This document shows positions 1 through 9,691 of a DNA stretch of 64,000 nucleotides, piece by piece. A model generated the notes under the pieces. It was given only the letters and a program-made list of their open reading frames with translations, was not told the origin of the DNA and ran no database searches. This DNA is from Opitutales bacterium (GTDB lineage Bacteria > Verrucomicrobiota > Verrucomicrobiia > Opitutales > PNEW01), in the NCBI GenBank assembly GCA_965197745.1, contig CBDANS010000005.1:445562-509561 (forward strand), written 5' to 3'. Position 1 is the first letter of the stretch, and every line of letters begins with the position of its first letter. A program made the position numbers and the translations under genes.

Positions 1-4
1 GGGA

Positions 5-1819
5 GTGGGGAAGACGGCTATCGTCGAAGGCCTGGCCCAGGAAATTGCTTCCGGCATCGTCCCGGAACTCCTCGTCGATCGACGCGTGATAACCCTTGAT
101 CTTGCCCTGATGGTCGCGGGCACAAAATACCGCGGTCAATTTGAGGAGCGCATAAAAGCGGTGATGGATGAAATACGCCGCGCCAAAAACATTATTATAT
201 TTATCGATGAATTGCATACTATTGTCGGTGCGGGAGCTGCCGAGGGGGCAATGGATGCCTCAAATATATTTAAGCCGGCGCTTTCCCGTGGCGAACTGCA
301 GTGTATCGGGGCAACCACTTTATCCGAATATCGCAAGTACATTGAAAAAGACAGTGCCCTTGACCGTCGTTTTCAAAGTGTGATGGTGGAGGCGCCATCA
401 GTTGATGAAACAATCCAGATTCTCAATGGATTGAGGTCGAGGTACGAGGAGCACCATAAAGTTGTCTACACGGAAAAAGCTATCGTGTCATCGGCAAAAC
501 TATCGGATCGGTATATCACCGGGCGTTATCTCCCTGATAAAGCTATCGATGTTCTAGACGAATCGGGAGCGCGAGCGCGTATAGATTCATTGAACAGACC
601 ACCGGAGGTGGAAGAATTAGCGAAAAAAATCGACGAGATCTGTGCGAAGAAAGAGGACTCCATAAGCAAGCAGCATTTTGAAGAAGCGGCCAAGTACCGT
701 GACAATGAAAAACAGCTTCGGGCCGAACGCGATCAGTTGATTGAAAACTGGAAAAAGACCCGTGAGGAGACAACGATCACCGTCGACGAAGACGATATGC
801 TTCAGGTCGTGTCGGGCTGGACCGGGATACCTTTGAGCCGCATGGAAGAAAAAGAAACGGAAAAGCTTCTCAAACTCGAACAGGAGTTGCAGGAAGATGT
901 TATCGGGCAGGATTCAGCGACCGAAGTGATCGCCAAAGCGCTGCGCCGTTCACGGGCGGACTTGAAAGATCCACGCCGTCCCATCGGCTCCTTTATGTTC
1001 CTGGGACCGACGGGGGTGGGGAAAACCCATTTGGCGAAAATATTAGCTGAGAAGATGTTTGGCGACCAGGACTCGATTGTGCAGATCGATATGTCCGAGT
1101 ACATGGAAAAATTTTCCGTCTCAAGACTTATAGGTTCACCTCCAGGTTATGTTGGGTATGAAGAGGGCGGTCAGTTGACTGAAACCGTCCGCCGTAAACC
1201 TTATTCTGTCGTTCTCTTTGACGAGATCGAAAAGGCTCATCCCGATGTTGTTCAACTTCTCCTGCAGGTATTTGAGGACGGGAGATTGACTGACAGCCTG
1301 GGCCGATCTGTAGATTTTCGCAATACGATCATCATCATGACCTCAAATGTTGGCGCACAGCAGATCCAGAAAGGGAGTTCGCTCGGCTTTGGCGTGGATG
1401 ATAAAAGTGGAAAAAGTGACTACGAAAAAATCAAGGACAAGATCCTTGAGGAGTCCAAGCGCATTTTTAAGCCGGAATTTCTCAATCGGATAAATGACAT
1501 GGTGATTTTCAGAAACCTGAACCGCGACGATCTGATGAAGATTACCGATCTCGAGTTGGTGAAAGTGGCCAGGCGATTGAGTGAACATGACATAGTGCTT
1601 GAGGTAAGCCAGGAGGCCAAAGATTTTCTGATCGATAATGGCTATGATGAGAAATACGGAGCGCGTCCCTTGCGCCGTGCGGTAGAACGTCATCTTGAAG
1701 ACCCCTTGGCGGAAAGTATCTTAAAGGGTGACCTCAAGAAAAACAAACCGATCAAGGTTATCGTGGAAGATGATCATTTAGATTTCACGCAGGACCAGCC
1801 TATTTCCAGCGTGTCCTGA
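5..1819 (+). CDS. clpC: ATP-dependent Clp protease ATPase subunit (ClpC type), 5'-truncated by the window edge
   Basis: Two AAA+ modules (GKT...[17 protein letters not shown]...[11 protein letters not shown]), a UVR-like middle domain (FEEAAKYRD) and a C-terminal YGARPLRR motif. Confidence 0.93.
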   Translation: MGKTAIVEGLAQEIASGIVPELLVDRRVITLDLALMVAGTKYRGQFEERIKAVMDEIRRAKNIIIFIDELHTIVGAGAAEGAMDASNIFKPALSRGELQCIGATTLSEYRKYIEKDSALDRRFQSVMVEAPSVDETIQILNGLRSRYEEHHKVVYTEKAIVSSAKLSDRYITGRYLPDKAIDVLDESGARARIDSLNRPPEVEELAKKIDEICAKKEDSISKQHFEEAAKYRDNEKQLRAERDQLIENWKKTREETTITVDEDDMLQVVSGWTGIPLSRMEEKETEKLLKLEQELQEDVIGQDSATEVIAKALRRSRADLKDPRRPIGSFMFLGPTGVGKTHLAKILAEKMFGDQDSIVQIDMSEYMEKFSVSRLIGSPPGYVGYEEGGQLTETVRRKPYSVVLFDEIEKAHPDVVQLLLQVFEDGRLTDSLGRSVDFRNTIIIMTSNVGAQQIQKGSSLGFGVDDKSGKSDYEKIKDKILEESKRIFKPEFLNRINDMVIFRNLNRDDLMKITDLELVKVARRLSEHDIVLEVSQEAKDFLIDNGYDEKYGARPLRRAVERHLEDPLAESILKGDLKKNKPIKVIVEDDHLDFTQDQPISSVS

Positions 1820-1842
1820 TATAACGCTTACTTTTATATTCT

Positions 1843-1879
1843 TTAACCGCGCTTTACATCTGAAGCGCGGTTAATTTTT
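1843..1879 (+). terminator. Rho-independent terminator after clpC
   Basis: Perfect stem TTAACCGCGCTT/AAGCGCGGTTAA with an 8-nt loop, followed by a T run. Confidence 0.8.
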
Positions 1880-1995
1880 GGGGATGAGGACAGTTATATT
1901 CCCGTTAGAGAATCAATATAATTTAAGAATGAGGGATTTATGGCAATGGGGAACAAAAATCATAAGCCGCTTTCAACGGGTAGATTAACTTATAA

Positions 1996-3765
1996 ATGAT
2001 ACAGCGAATAGCGATAGTGTGCCTTTTGATCGGGGCTTCATTTTTATCAGCTGAGGCGAAGATAACTTTCGATACACCCTATGGCTCAGGTATCGATAAT
2101 ATTCTTGATACAGTTAAAGATGAAGGGTGGGAAAGTGTCTCTCTGGCTTTAACCGATAGAGCATTGGAAAGTTATGAAAACGGTGAACAGGCCGCTGAAA
2201 ATTGGTATTACCTTTCACGGTGGGCACGACTTTTTTCCTCCAACGAAGCGGATATCATAAATAATTGGATCGATGCGATCGATAAAGCTAAATTGGGACA
2301 TACAAATATGGCCCAGCGTTACACTCTTTACCAGCGGCCCCTGGGAGAACATCTTCCCCTTTCATTAAAGAGGAATTTACTCCATGATATTGAATTTTCG
2401 CGCGAGTTTTTCGATTTACTCTCTCCCTATGAATTTCTTCCTGGAGTCCTGGATAATTTGAGTGAACTGCACAAGGAAAACCGAAAATTTTTTAATGAAT
2501 ATCGAAATTTAGCGATCGCCATCGCGGTTGTTTACGATGTGCCCCCGCCACCGGGTTGGCCCCATTACCAGGTGCCTCAAAATGTGCTTCCTCGCGAACT
2601 GCCCAAGGTGAACGTCTCCTTCGACTACTGGGTAAGACTCAATGAAAAAAAGCAATGTGCTTTCGATATTACAGAGATGTCAGCAGAAGCGCTCAAATTT
2701 CTCGTCGATACCACGGCCATGGAAGATTTCCGGTGGGTGCAGTCAAACATCCACAATGACCCCAAAGATTTCGCATCAGTGTATGACAGGATTGACTACC
2801 GATTCGATCGAATAGCCAATAATCAATTTAATTGGAAAAGAAAAGATTATCGACTTGAGACCATTCTTAATTATGGCGGGATTTGTGTCGATCAAGCTTA
2901 CTTTGCCGCTCAAACTGGCAAAGCAAAGGGGATACCGACGCTTGTCTTCAGGGGAGCCGGCATGGATGGACGACATGCTTGGTTTGGATTTATGCTAAAA
3001 GAAGGGGTATGGGAATTTAATGGTGGAAGGCAGGGCGAGAATCGCTACGTGACCGGCTACGCGCATGATCCACAAACCTGGGGAAACATCACCGATCATC
3101 AACTCAGGTTCCTGGGCGAAGGGTTTCGCCGAAGCCACTACTACCGGCAATCATTAATTCACTCAAACTTTGCCTTGGATTATTTCAAAAGAAAGGATGA
3201 AGACGCTGCCATAAAGGCCAGTGAAACGGCGTTACGCTATGAAAAACGTAACCAGTCAGCATGGGAGATACTCGTATCAGCGACGAAAATAGTCAGTGAC
3301 GATGCTCGCGAAGTGGAAGCCTTACTGCGACTTGCGGCTCTCGCTTTCCGCGAATATCCTGACTTGGAATCGCAATACCTGAATCGCGTTATAAAAAGTT
3401 TGGAAAATCGAGGGGAGCTTAGTCGCGCTCAACGCGAGAAATATTTTTTGACGATCAAGCATAAAAGCAATCGCGCAGATATCAGCATACAACAGGCAGC
3501 TGAACGGCTTTTAGAGAGCATGGCCGAAGATCCTCTGTCACTCCGCCTGCGTTATTATCGAGTAATAATTAGGCAATTGGGGAAACTGGGGAGTATGGAT
3601 GTATATGATCGTATCGTCCTGCCATTTGTTCGACAATTGAGTGATGCAGGCAATCAGCGTGATGCCTACAAAATGCTCATATTTGCCCGTGACAACCTTG
3701 AGGCTGTTTCGGGAAGCATGCTGGATCAAGAGCTCAAGCGTCAGATCGATAAATATAAGCCATGA
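1996..3765 (+). CDS. Secreted transglutaminase-like (Cys-His) protein with a helical C-terminus
   Basis: Signal peptide; GGICVDQA and GRHAW motifs typical of transglutaminase-like folds. Confidence 0.6.
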   Translation: MIQRIAIVCLLIGASFLSAEAKITFDTPYGSGIDNILDTVKDEGWESVSLALTDRALESYENGEQAAENWYYLSRWARLFSSNEADIINNWIDAIDKAKLGHTNMAQRYTLYQRPLGEHLPLSLKRNLLHDIEFSREFFDLLSPYEFLPGVLDNLSELHKENRKFFNEYRNLAIAIAVVYDVPPPPGWPHYQVPQNVLPRELPKVNVSFDYWVRLNEKKQCAFDITEMSAEALKFLVDTTAMEDFRWVQSNIHNDPKDFASVYDRIDYRFDRIANNQFNWKRKDYRLETILNYGGICVDQAYFAAQTGKAKGIPTLVFRGAGMDGRHAWFGFMLKEGVWEFNGGRQGENRYVTGYAHDPQTWGNITDHQLRFLGEGFRRSHYYRQSLIHSNFALDYFKRKDEDAAIKASETALRYEKRNQSAWEILVSATKIVSDDAREVEALLRLAALAFREYPDLESQYLNRVIKSLENRGELSRAQREKYFLTIKHKSNRADISIQQAAERLLESMAEDPLSLRLRYYRVIIRQLGKLGSMDVYDRIVLPFVRQLSDAGNQRDAYKMLIFARDNLEAVSGSMLDQELKRQIDKYKP

Positions 3766-3866
3766 TGAGAAGGTGAAATTCAGGTTAATCTGAATTTTTT
3801 TATAATTTATCTTGTCAATTGGTAACAGGACTGTAATTACCCCGTTTTTCTTATTTCCCAAAAGCA

Positions 3867-4283
3867 ATGGAAAAAACCCTCATAATATTTAAGCCTGATT
3901 GTATTGATAATAAAAATACTGGAAAAGTGTTACAGCGTTTTGAACATGAAGGATTTGAAATTTGTGCCTGTAAGATGGTCAAACTGTCCAATGATATTCT
4001 TAACGAGCACTATGCCCACCTTCATGAAGTTCCCAATTTTGAAGCGATTAAGGCTTTCATGGGAAAACGTCCGGTTATTATTATGGTGTTAGAGGCTGAA
4101 AATGCGGTGGACAGAATGCGAGCGCTGATTGGACCGACCGACTCACAAAAAGCTGAGAAAGGCACAATACGGGGAGATATGGGAACGGACAAAATGCGCA
4201 ATGTGGTACACGCCTCCGATAGCCGGGATAATGCCACAAAAGAGATTAATAGGTTTTTTTCACGAGATGAGCTATTTAGCTAA
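3867..4283 (+). CDS. ndk: Nucleoside diphosphate kinase
   Basis: EKTLIIFKPD, GTIRGD and NVVHASDS motifs. Confidence 0.97.
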   Translation: MEKTLIIFKPDCIDNKNTGKVLQRFEHEGFEICACKMVKLSNDILNEHYAHLHEVPNFEAIKAFMGKRPVIIMVLEAENAVDRMRALIGPTDSQKAEKGTIRGDMGTDKMRNVVHASDSRDNATKEINRFFSRDELFS

Positions 4284-4411
4284 GTGGAGTAGGCGTTAAT
4301 TGTTCTTATTCTATTGGGCCAGGTTCCGTCGCAGCCGCTAGTAGTAATAAATAATCCCAACAGTAGATAGAATAAGATTAAAGATAACGGTTATTTTAAG
4401 GTAATAAGATA

Positions 4412-4737
4412 ACGAAGACGAAGAGGTATACGGAAATTGACAACTATTATTTGCCATTGGAATAAAATTGAGATTATCGCACATACTTCTTAACGGCCAC
4501 GACGGAGCGTGGCCCTCCAGAATAATAAAAAATTGAGGACAATGCATCTTGGCTGTTGTTGTAATATATAAAACAGAAGAATAAAATGGAGGGACGTGAT
4601 CCATCGCGTCCGTTGAGAGGAACGAGTTCAAATGTCCCTAAATAATTACTCGATCTTCGTCTTCGTCTACGTCCGCGTTTTCGTCCCCGGGTGTTCACAG
4701 AAAGAGGCAATTCAAGGATAATTGGACGAAGACGAAG
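4412..4737. repeat. Composite REP-like repeat unit (about 330 bp), left of the IS110
   Basis: High identity with 5985-6262 and 19752-20155. Contains ACGGCCACGACGGAGCGTGGCCCTCCA, TGGAGGGACG..CGTCCG palindromes and (GACGAA)n/(TTCGTC)n arms. Confidence 0.9.
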
Positions 4738-4745
4738 CAATTGTG

Positions 4746-5678
4746 TCATGAAGCAAGAGCTAATTGATGTTTTTTAAGAAGGGACTGCAGATGAATAAGG
4801 AGTTTTCTCATGGCCGCAACGAGAGCACATTTGTAAGGCATTCCCCGATCGACTAACCTCTGCACATAAGGTTTGATCACGGGGTTATGTTGAGCCGCGG
4901 TGCGAGCAGCCATATAGAGACATTTTCTGACTTTGGCACGACCTCCTTTTATCGATCGCTTAGAATGGGTCTTGCCACTGTCACGATTATAGGGAGCCAG
5001 ACCGGCAAGAGCGACCAACTGATTGCGGCCCAGATGAGTCATTTCGCTCATATAAGCCAGGAGGGTCCAAGTCGTCACTTCACCGACTCCTTTGACTGAA
5101 GCGATAAGTTCGGCTTTCGCACGCAGTGGATCATTCTCGTTGATGAGCAATCGCAGCTGTTTGTCGATGCGATCGATTTCGTTCTCAACGAAACGGATCA
5201 TGCGTTGGATGGAAAGGTGGATGCTCTTGGGACTGTTCTGCAAGCGGTTCTTCTCGCGGCCAAGCTGTTCGCTCAGATGATGGCGTCGATCCAGTAAAGC
5301 AGTCATCTGTTGCTGTTCGGGTGTCGGGGGAGCTGTTGGGGACAACTGCTTTTGCTGAGCAAAGCGCAGCAATACCTTGGCATCGATCTTATCGGTCTTT
5401 GCACGGATGCCATCGCTCGTGGCGAAGGCCCGTACGCGCGCAGGATTAATCAGGCACACCACAATCTGCGCTTCATGCAAAGCGCTCAACAAGGCGCGCT
5501 CGTAGCCTCCTGTGGCTTCGCACACCACAAAGGGGGCATCCATCTTTCCTATGGCTTTGAGCAGTTCTTTGAGTCCCGACTTGTCGTTGCTTAGAGCGTA
5601 ACTTTGCTCTGCACTTTGCACTTGCAAGGTGTTTTTGGCTATATCTATGGCGATGAGGGTGTGTTTTTTTTCATTCAT
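4746..5678 (-). CDS. IS110-family DEDD transposase/bridge recombinase, intact ORF
   Basis: RuvC-like DEDD residues (IAIDIAK, CEATG, KTDKIDA) and a Tnp-domain catalytic Ser motif (GLAP..RDSG); 310 aa. Confidence 0.96.
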   Translation of the reverse strand: MNEKKHTLIAIDIAKNTLQVQSAEQSYALSNDKSGLKELLKAIGKMDAPFVVCEATGGYERALLSALHEAQIVVCLINPARVRAFATSDGIRAKTDKIDAKVLLRFAQQKQLSPTAPPTPEQQQMTALLDRRHHLSEQLGREKNRLQNSPKSIHLSIQRMIRFVENEIDRIDKQLRLLINENDPLRAKAELIASVKGVGEVTTWTLLAYMSEMTHLGRNQLVALAGLAPYNRDSGKTHSKRSIKGGRAKVRKCLYMAARTAAQHNPVIKPYVQRLVDRGMPYKCALVAAMRKLLIHLQSLLKKHQLALAS

Positions 5679-5970
5679 GGCTATCTCGGTCTTGTCAAGA
5701 TGAGCTCGCGGGGGTATAATCCGGGCTCTTTCAATTGTTTGAGATTAGCCAGGTTAGATCGGAGGTTCCCAGGCTTCGTCTTGAACTCCGCTAACGCGGG
5801 TTCCAGAGGCAGAATGAACTCTTCCGATTTGCTCCCGGCTCCTCTTATTAGGAGTCGGGAGTTCCTGGCACTCTCAACCGTAGACACTGTTGAAAGCTTT
5901 TTCCAGTCCTTCCTCCGACGTGTTACGATGACCCATTCTCGGAAGGACTCAAAAGGTTGTCTTATCATCG
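5679..5970 (-). ncRNA. Predicted bridge RNA of the IS110 element
   Basis: 5' hairpin 5832-5861. Target-binding loop 5758-5828 with guides UCUGCCUCU and AAGACGAAG. Donor-binding loop 5679-5750 with ACAAUUG and ACAAG. The 5' end is inferred from the junction promoter. Confidence 0.88.
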
Positions 5971-5984
5971 CGGGGTAACCTACA

Positions 5985-6262
5985 AGAGGCAGACGCAGAC
6001 GAAGAGGTATACGGGAAATGACATATATTAATTGCCACGGGAATAAAATTGAGATTTTCGATCAAAATTCTTAACGGCCACGACGGAGCGTGGCCCTCCA
6101 GAATAATAAAAAATTGAGGACAATGCATCTTGTCCGTTGTTGTAATATATAAAACAGAAGAATAAAATGGAGGGACGTGCTCCGTCACGTCCGCTGAGGA
6201 GGGTCAAGTTCAAATGTCCCCTTATAAGTACTCAATCTTCGTTTTCGTCTTCGTCTGCCTCT
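5985..6262. repeat. Second tandem unit of the composite REP-like repeat, right of the IS110
   Basis: Near-identical to the unit at 4412 onward and in the same orientation. Confidence 0.9.
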
Positions 6263-6290
6263 TTGTGTGATCACCGACAAAGGTCGATGC

Positions 6291-6782
6291 TTATTTCTCT
6301 TGAGCCATGATGAGGCAGACTGCATGTGTCGCGATCCCATCACCCCTTCCGATTTCACCGATCTTTTCGTTGGTCGTCGCCTTTATCCCGAGAGCCGATT
6401 CATCTACCCCCAAGGTATTTGAGAGTTTTGTTTTCATCTTCTTGATATAAGGAGTTATTTGGGGGTTTTCGGCAATTACCGTTATATCAGCATTAGCAAG
6501 ATAGTAACCATGTGCCTTAATCTCTTCTATCGCTTTATTTAATATCTTCTGCGAATCAATATCCTTAATGCCTGAATCGGTATTGGGAAAATAATAACCG
6601 ATATCAGGAAGACCCGCGGCACCCAGTATGGCATCAGCGAGAGCATGGGTTAGACAGTCTGCGTCAGAATGCCCGTCGAGGCCTTTCTCAAAAGGGATTT
6701 TTATTCCTCCAAGGATGAGTTTTCTTCCCGAAACGAGTGGGTGAATATCGTAACCGCAACCGATGCGAAAGGGTAAAGTCAT
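6291..6782 (-). CDS. ispF: 2-C-methyl-D-erythritol 2,4-cyclodiphosphate synthase
   Basis: RIGCGYDIH, GHSDAD and KATTNE motifs. Confidence 0.96.
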   Translation of the reverse strand: MTLPFRIGCGYDIHPLVSGRKLILGGIKIPFEKGLDGHSDADCLTHALADAILGAAGLPDIGYYFPNTDSGIKDIDSQKILNKAIEEIKAHGYYLANADITVIAENPQITPYIKKMKTKLSNTLGVDESALGIKATTNEKIGEIGRGDGIATHAVCLIMAQEK

Positions 6783-6837
6783 AGTTGCTGATAAATGCTT
6801 ATAATCTTCAAGGGATCAGAAAGATGAATAGTAGAGC

Positions 6838-7554
6838 TTAAGACTTATGTGGAAAATCAAGCAGGTTTTCGATAATGGCAATATCTTCCGGGGTCGTTAG
6901 TTTATGATTAGATTGTGTGTTTTCCAGCAGACTGACAGGGTGTCCATATTCTATGATAGCTGTTGTGTCATCAGTCGCTTCAATAGCGTTCTCATGCATA
7001 TGGCGGTAGGCCGCGGTAATAAGTTCTCGTTCAAATACTTGAGGTGTTTCCATGGCCCAGAGTCTACTGCGATCGATATTATTTAATTGAAGTTTTCTAA
7101 AATCATGGGTGTCTGCATTGATTTCTTTGATCGTATCCGTTACCTGATGGGCGAGGGTAACTGCTTTATCTATTTCAACCATTTCCTGAAGGGTAATGAG
7201 GGAATGGCTGTCGATAAGGGGGCGGGCACAATCATGAATAAATACATATTCGATATTTTCCGGAAGCTGTAAGAGGGCATTGTAAACCGAGTGCTGCCGT
7301 TCGTTGCCCCCTTGAACCCATAAAATATTCAATGCCGCGATGGGATCATTTTCTATGGCCTGTGAGATGCCGACACGTTGAACCTGGTCACGATAAGCGA
7401 TGATATAAACATCTATGGTCCCACTTCTGGCAAAAGCGGCCAGGGAATAATTGACGACCGGCTTTCCGAGGAGAGGAACCAGGATTTTATCCGTAACCTG
7501 ATCACGCATGCGCGCGCTTTTACCCGCACACAATAAAATCACCGCGTTAGCCAT
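6838..7554 (-). CDS. ispD: 2-C-methyl-D-erythritol 4-phosphate cytidylyltransferase
   Basis: LCAGKSARM, IHDCARP, ETPQVF, TDD and KLTTPED motifs; adjacent to ispF. Confidence 0.94.
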   Translation of the reverse strand: MANAVILLCAGKSARMRDQVTDKILVPLLGKPVVNYSLAAFARSGTIDVYIIAYRDQVQRVGISQAIENDPIAALNILWVQGGNERQHSVYNALLQLPENIEYVFIHDCARPLIDSHSLITLQEMVEIDKAVTLAHQVTDTIKEINADTHDFRKLQLNNIDRSRLWAMETPQVFERELITAAYRHMHENAIEATDDTTAIIEYGHPVSLLENTQSNHKLTTPEDIAIIENLLDFPHKS

Positions 7555-7717
7555 AATGCATTTAAGAATGGATTAATCTTAGATAGCCAGAAAAAATCGT
7601 TTATTGTTACCTGCACCCCTCCGGGGCTTTTGGAATGCGTGCATCTAATACCCGCTTGCTGATGGAATGGTCCAAATATATTTTGCCCCTCCCAAGCCCG
7701 ACTATTTAGAACAGGGT

Positions 7718-8815
7718 TTATTGTGGCGGGCTGTTATTAAAATGTTCCCATTTGGCTATTATTTCGTTGATGACTTTACTTCCAGCTCGCTGAAGAGACT
7801 GTAAGCTGGCCAGGTATCCCGGGAACAGGCTTTCACCGCTGCCATCTTCCCCACGGAGGCTTTGAGAAGGAGTCATTCTCTCGGGGGCCTGCATTGAAAA
7901 GTTGCTCGCGGAGCGTAATAAAAGAATACGCTTCCAATCAACTCTTCCTGTCCTGGCAAGTTGGACAAGTGCTCGGAGAGTGCCGGCATCCTCCATGGAT
8001 GCGGTCACAAATTTACCCTTACCCTCGGTCCAGAAATCAACCCAGCGTTCGGCCCATTCATTTTTCATTTTCCCGTGCCAGTAACGGGTTGCTGATAGAT
8101 TGTCCCCTTTGAGAACAAATGGAGGGCGTTGAGCTTCGGGAAAACCACGGTAGCGGGTGCGATAGCTTTCCAACTCTGGATTATCAAGGTCTGAAAGATC
8201 CAGTTGTTGTGTCGTCGTGTAGGCCCAATCGCTGAGTTTACGATTGAGACCATACATTTCATCATTGTGAAAAAGATCCCCGGCTTCCTTCGATCGCCGG
8301 TGATAGGGGGCAAATGTTCCCAGGGGAAAAATCCCTGTTGACCAGTCCTCGGGAATTTCCCGCGCATCAATTTCATGGGCGAGGTCTCCATCAATGCAAT
8401 AATCAGCCCAGGCTACACTGGCAAGTGAACCAAAGCGTGGATTAATACCCGCAATTCCCGCAATCAGGAAGTAGCTTTGACTTAAGTCAAAGCGCGGGTC
8501 TAATCCGAATGCCATAGTCGTAGCGGCAGCTTTGGCTGCCCCAATGCCAATGGTGAGAGCAAAGAGACCGGCGTCATTCGACCATATATCGTTTTGGCCG
8601 AGAGGAAATTCATGGGTTTTGCGCAAACGCTCGGCTTTGCGGAAAAATTGAAATTCACCCGGTTTATCGGAGTCGAATTCATACATCGAAATGAGAACAC
8701 ATTTTACCTTAATGCCTCCACTGGGTCTTATCTCGGTATTTGCCATAAGCAGGATTGGAAGTAGAATAAAGAAATTTAAAAAAGCAAGATCCAGCCTTTT
8801 ACAGGGACCTGTCAT
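7718..8815 (-). CDS. Purine nucleoside permease (NUP)-like protein
   Basis: GLDPRFDLSQSYFLIAGIAGINP, HEIDAREIP and LRSASNF motifs. Confidence 0.8.
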   Translation of the reverse strand: MTGPCKRLDLAFLNFFILLPILLMANTEIRPSGGIKVKCVLISMYEFDSDKPGEFQFFRKAERLRKTHEFPLGQNDIWSNDAGLFALTIGIGAAKAAATTMAFGLDPRFDLSQSYFLIAGIAGINPRFGSLASVAWADYCIDGDLAHEIDAREIPEDWSTGIFPLGTFAPYHRRSKEAGDLFHNDEMYGLNRKLSDWAYTTTQQLDLSDLDNPELESYRTRYRGFPEAQRPPFVLKGDNLSATRYWHGKMKNEWAERWVDFWTEGKGKFVTASMEDAGTLRALVQLARTGRVDWKRILLLRSASNFSMQAPERMTPSQSLRGEDGSGESLFPGYLASLQSLQRAGSKVINEIIAKWEHFNNSPPQ

Positions 8816-8951
8816 GTCGGCTTGCCTGATTACTGATTATAGATAAATTAGTGAAAGCCATATTAGCCCCTGGAATCATTCGGTAATCACTCCTTCAATT
8901 GGTAATATTTGGTTGGGTAAATTTTAAATTGGGAATTAATATATAAAGTGA

Positions 8952-9593
8952 ATGGATTATGACAAGCAACGAGCAACTTTAGTAAAAAGGTTGACCCGAT
9001 TCCGGACGGGAGGGTTGCGTGATATCAGCGTTATCGATGCTTTAAAAAAAGTACCTCGACATCTGTTTATTGAACCTGACCTGCAAGCGTATGCCTATGA
9101 AGATCGTGCTATGCCCATTGCCTGTGAGCAAACCATATCACAACCCTACATTGTTGGCTGGATGTCAGAGGCCTTAACCCTTCAACCTGATCATCGTGTT
9201 CTGGAAATTGGAACGGGAAGTGGATACCAGACCGCGATCCTCGCGGAAATCGTCAAAGAAGTTTTTACGATCGAGTACTACGATGATCTGGCTCAACAGG
9301 CACAATCAACCCTCGATGCTATGGGGTATAAAAATATTCATTACCTGGCGGATGATGGTTATAATGGCTGGGCGGAAGCAGCCCCTTTCAACGGGATCCT
9401 TGTCGCTTGCAGGGTTGAAACAGTACCCCCGGCTTTAATAGACCAACTTAAAGAAGGGGGTAGCATGGTTATCCCCATCGGTCCGGTGCGCAGACAAATT
9501 CTACATGGTTACATGAAGCGTAAAGGACAATTGCAAAGCTTGAATGCAATAGAAGTACGATTTGTCCCATTGTTAAGAAAGGGAAAAGATTAA
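8952..9593 (+). CDS. pcm: Protein-L-isoaspartate O-methyltransferase
   Basis: QTISQPYIV, VLEIGTGSGYQ and VRFVPL motifs. Confidence 0.95.
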   Translation: MDYDKQRATLVKRLTRFRTGGLRDISVIDALKKVPRHLFIEPDLQAYAYEDRAMPIACEQTISQPYIVGWMSEALTLQPDHRVLEIGTGSGYQTAILAEIVKEVFTIEYYDDLAQQAQSTLDAMGYKNIHYLADDGYNGWAEAAPFNGILVACRVETVPPALIDQLKEGGSMVIPIGPVRRQILHGYMKRKGQLQSLNAIEVRFVPLLRKGKD

Positions 9594-9691
9594 TTAACAA
9601 TTAACGGCTGATCGTTAAAGCGATAGATCATCAGCGAGTGTCGGGAAGAGATAATTATGGAATGATTGGACCCCGTTTTTCGTACCAATTA

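Larger units (their letters stand above)
4738..5984 (-). mobile_element. IS110-family (IS621-like) insertion sequence
   Basis: Ends defined by comparison with the empty repeat at 20031-20046. The CT core (AG on +) is repeated at 4736-4737 and 5985-5986. No terminal inverted repeats. About 300-nt non-coding left end and a very short right end. Confidence 0.93.

Noticed and set aside
4338..4749. Small ORFs inside the repeats (also 5949-6213 and 19772-20077)
   Set aside because: They are translations of palindromic or low-complexity repeat DNA, with frames not conserved between copies.
5681..5968. 95-aa ORF upstream of the IS110 transposase
   Set aside because: It overlaps the bridge RNA, whose structure and guide matches explain the sequence, and it has no recognisable protein motif.
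4412..6262. CRISPR array
   Set aside because: The units are about 330 bp with conserved rather than unique spacers, and no cas genes are present.
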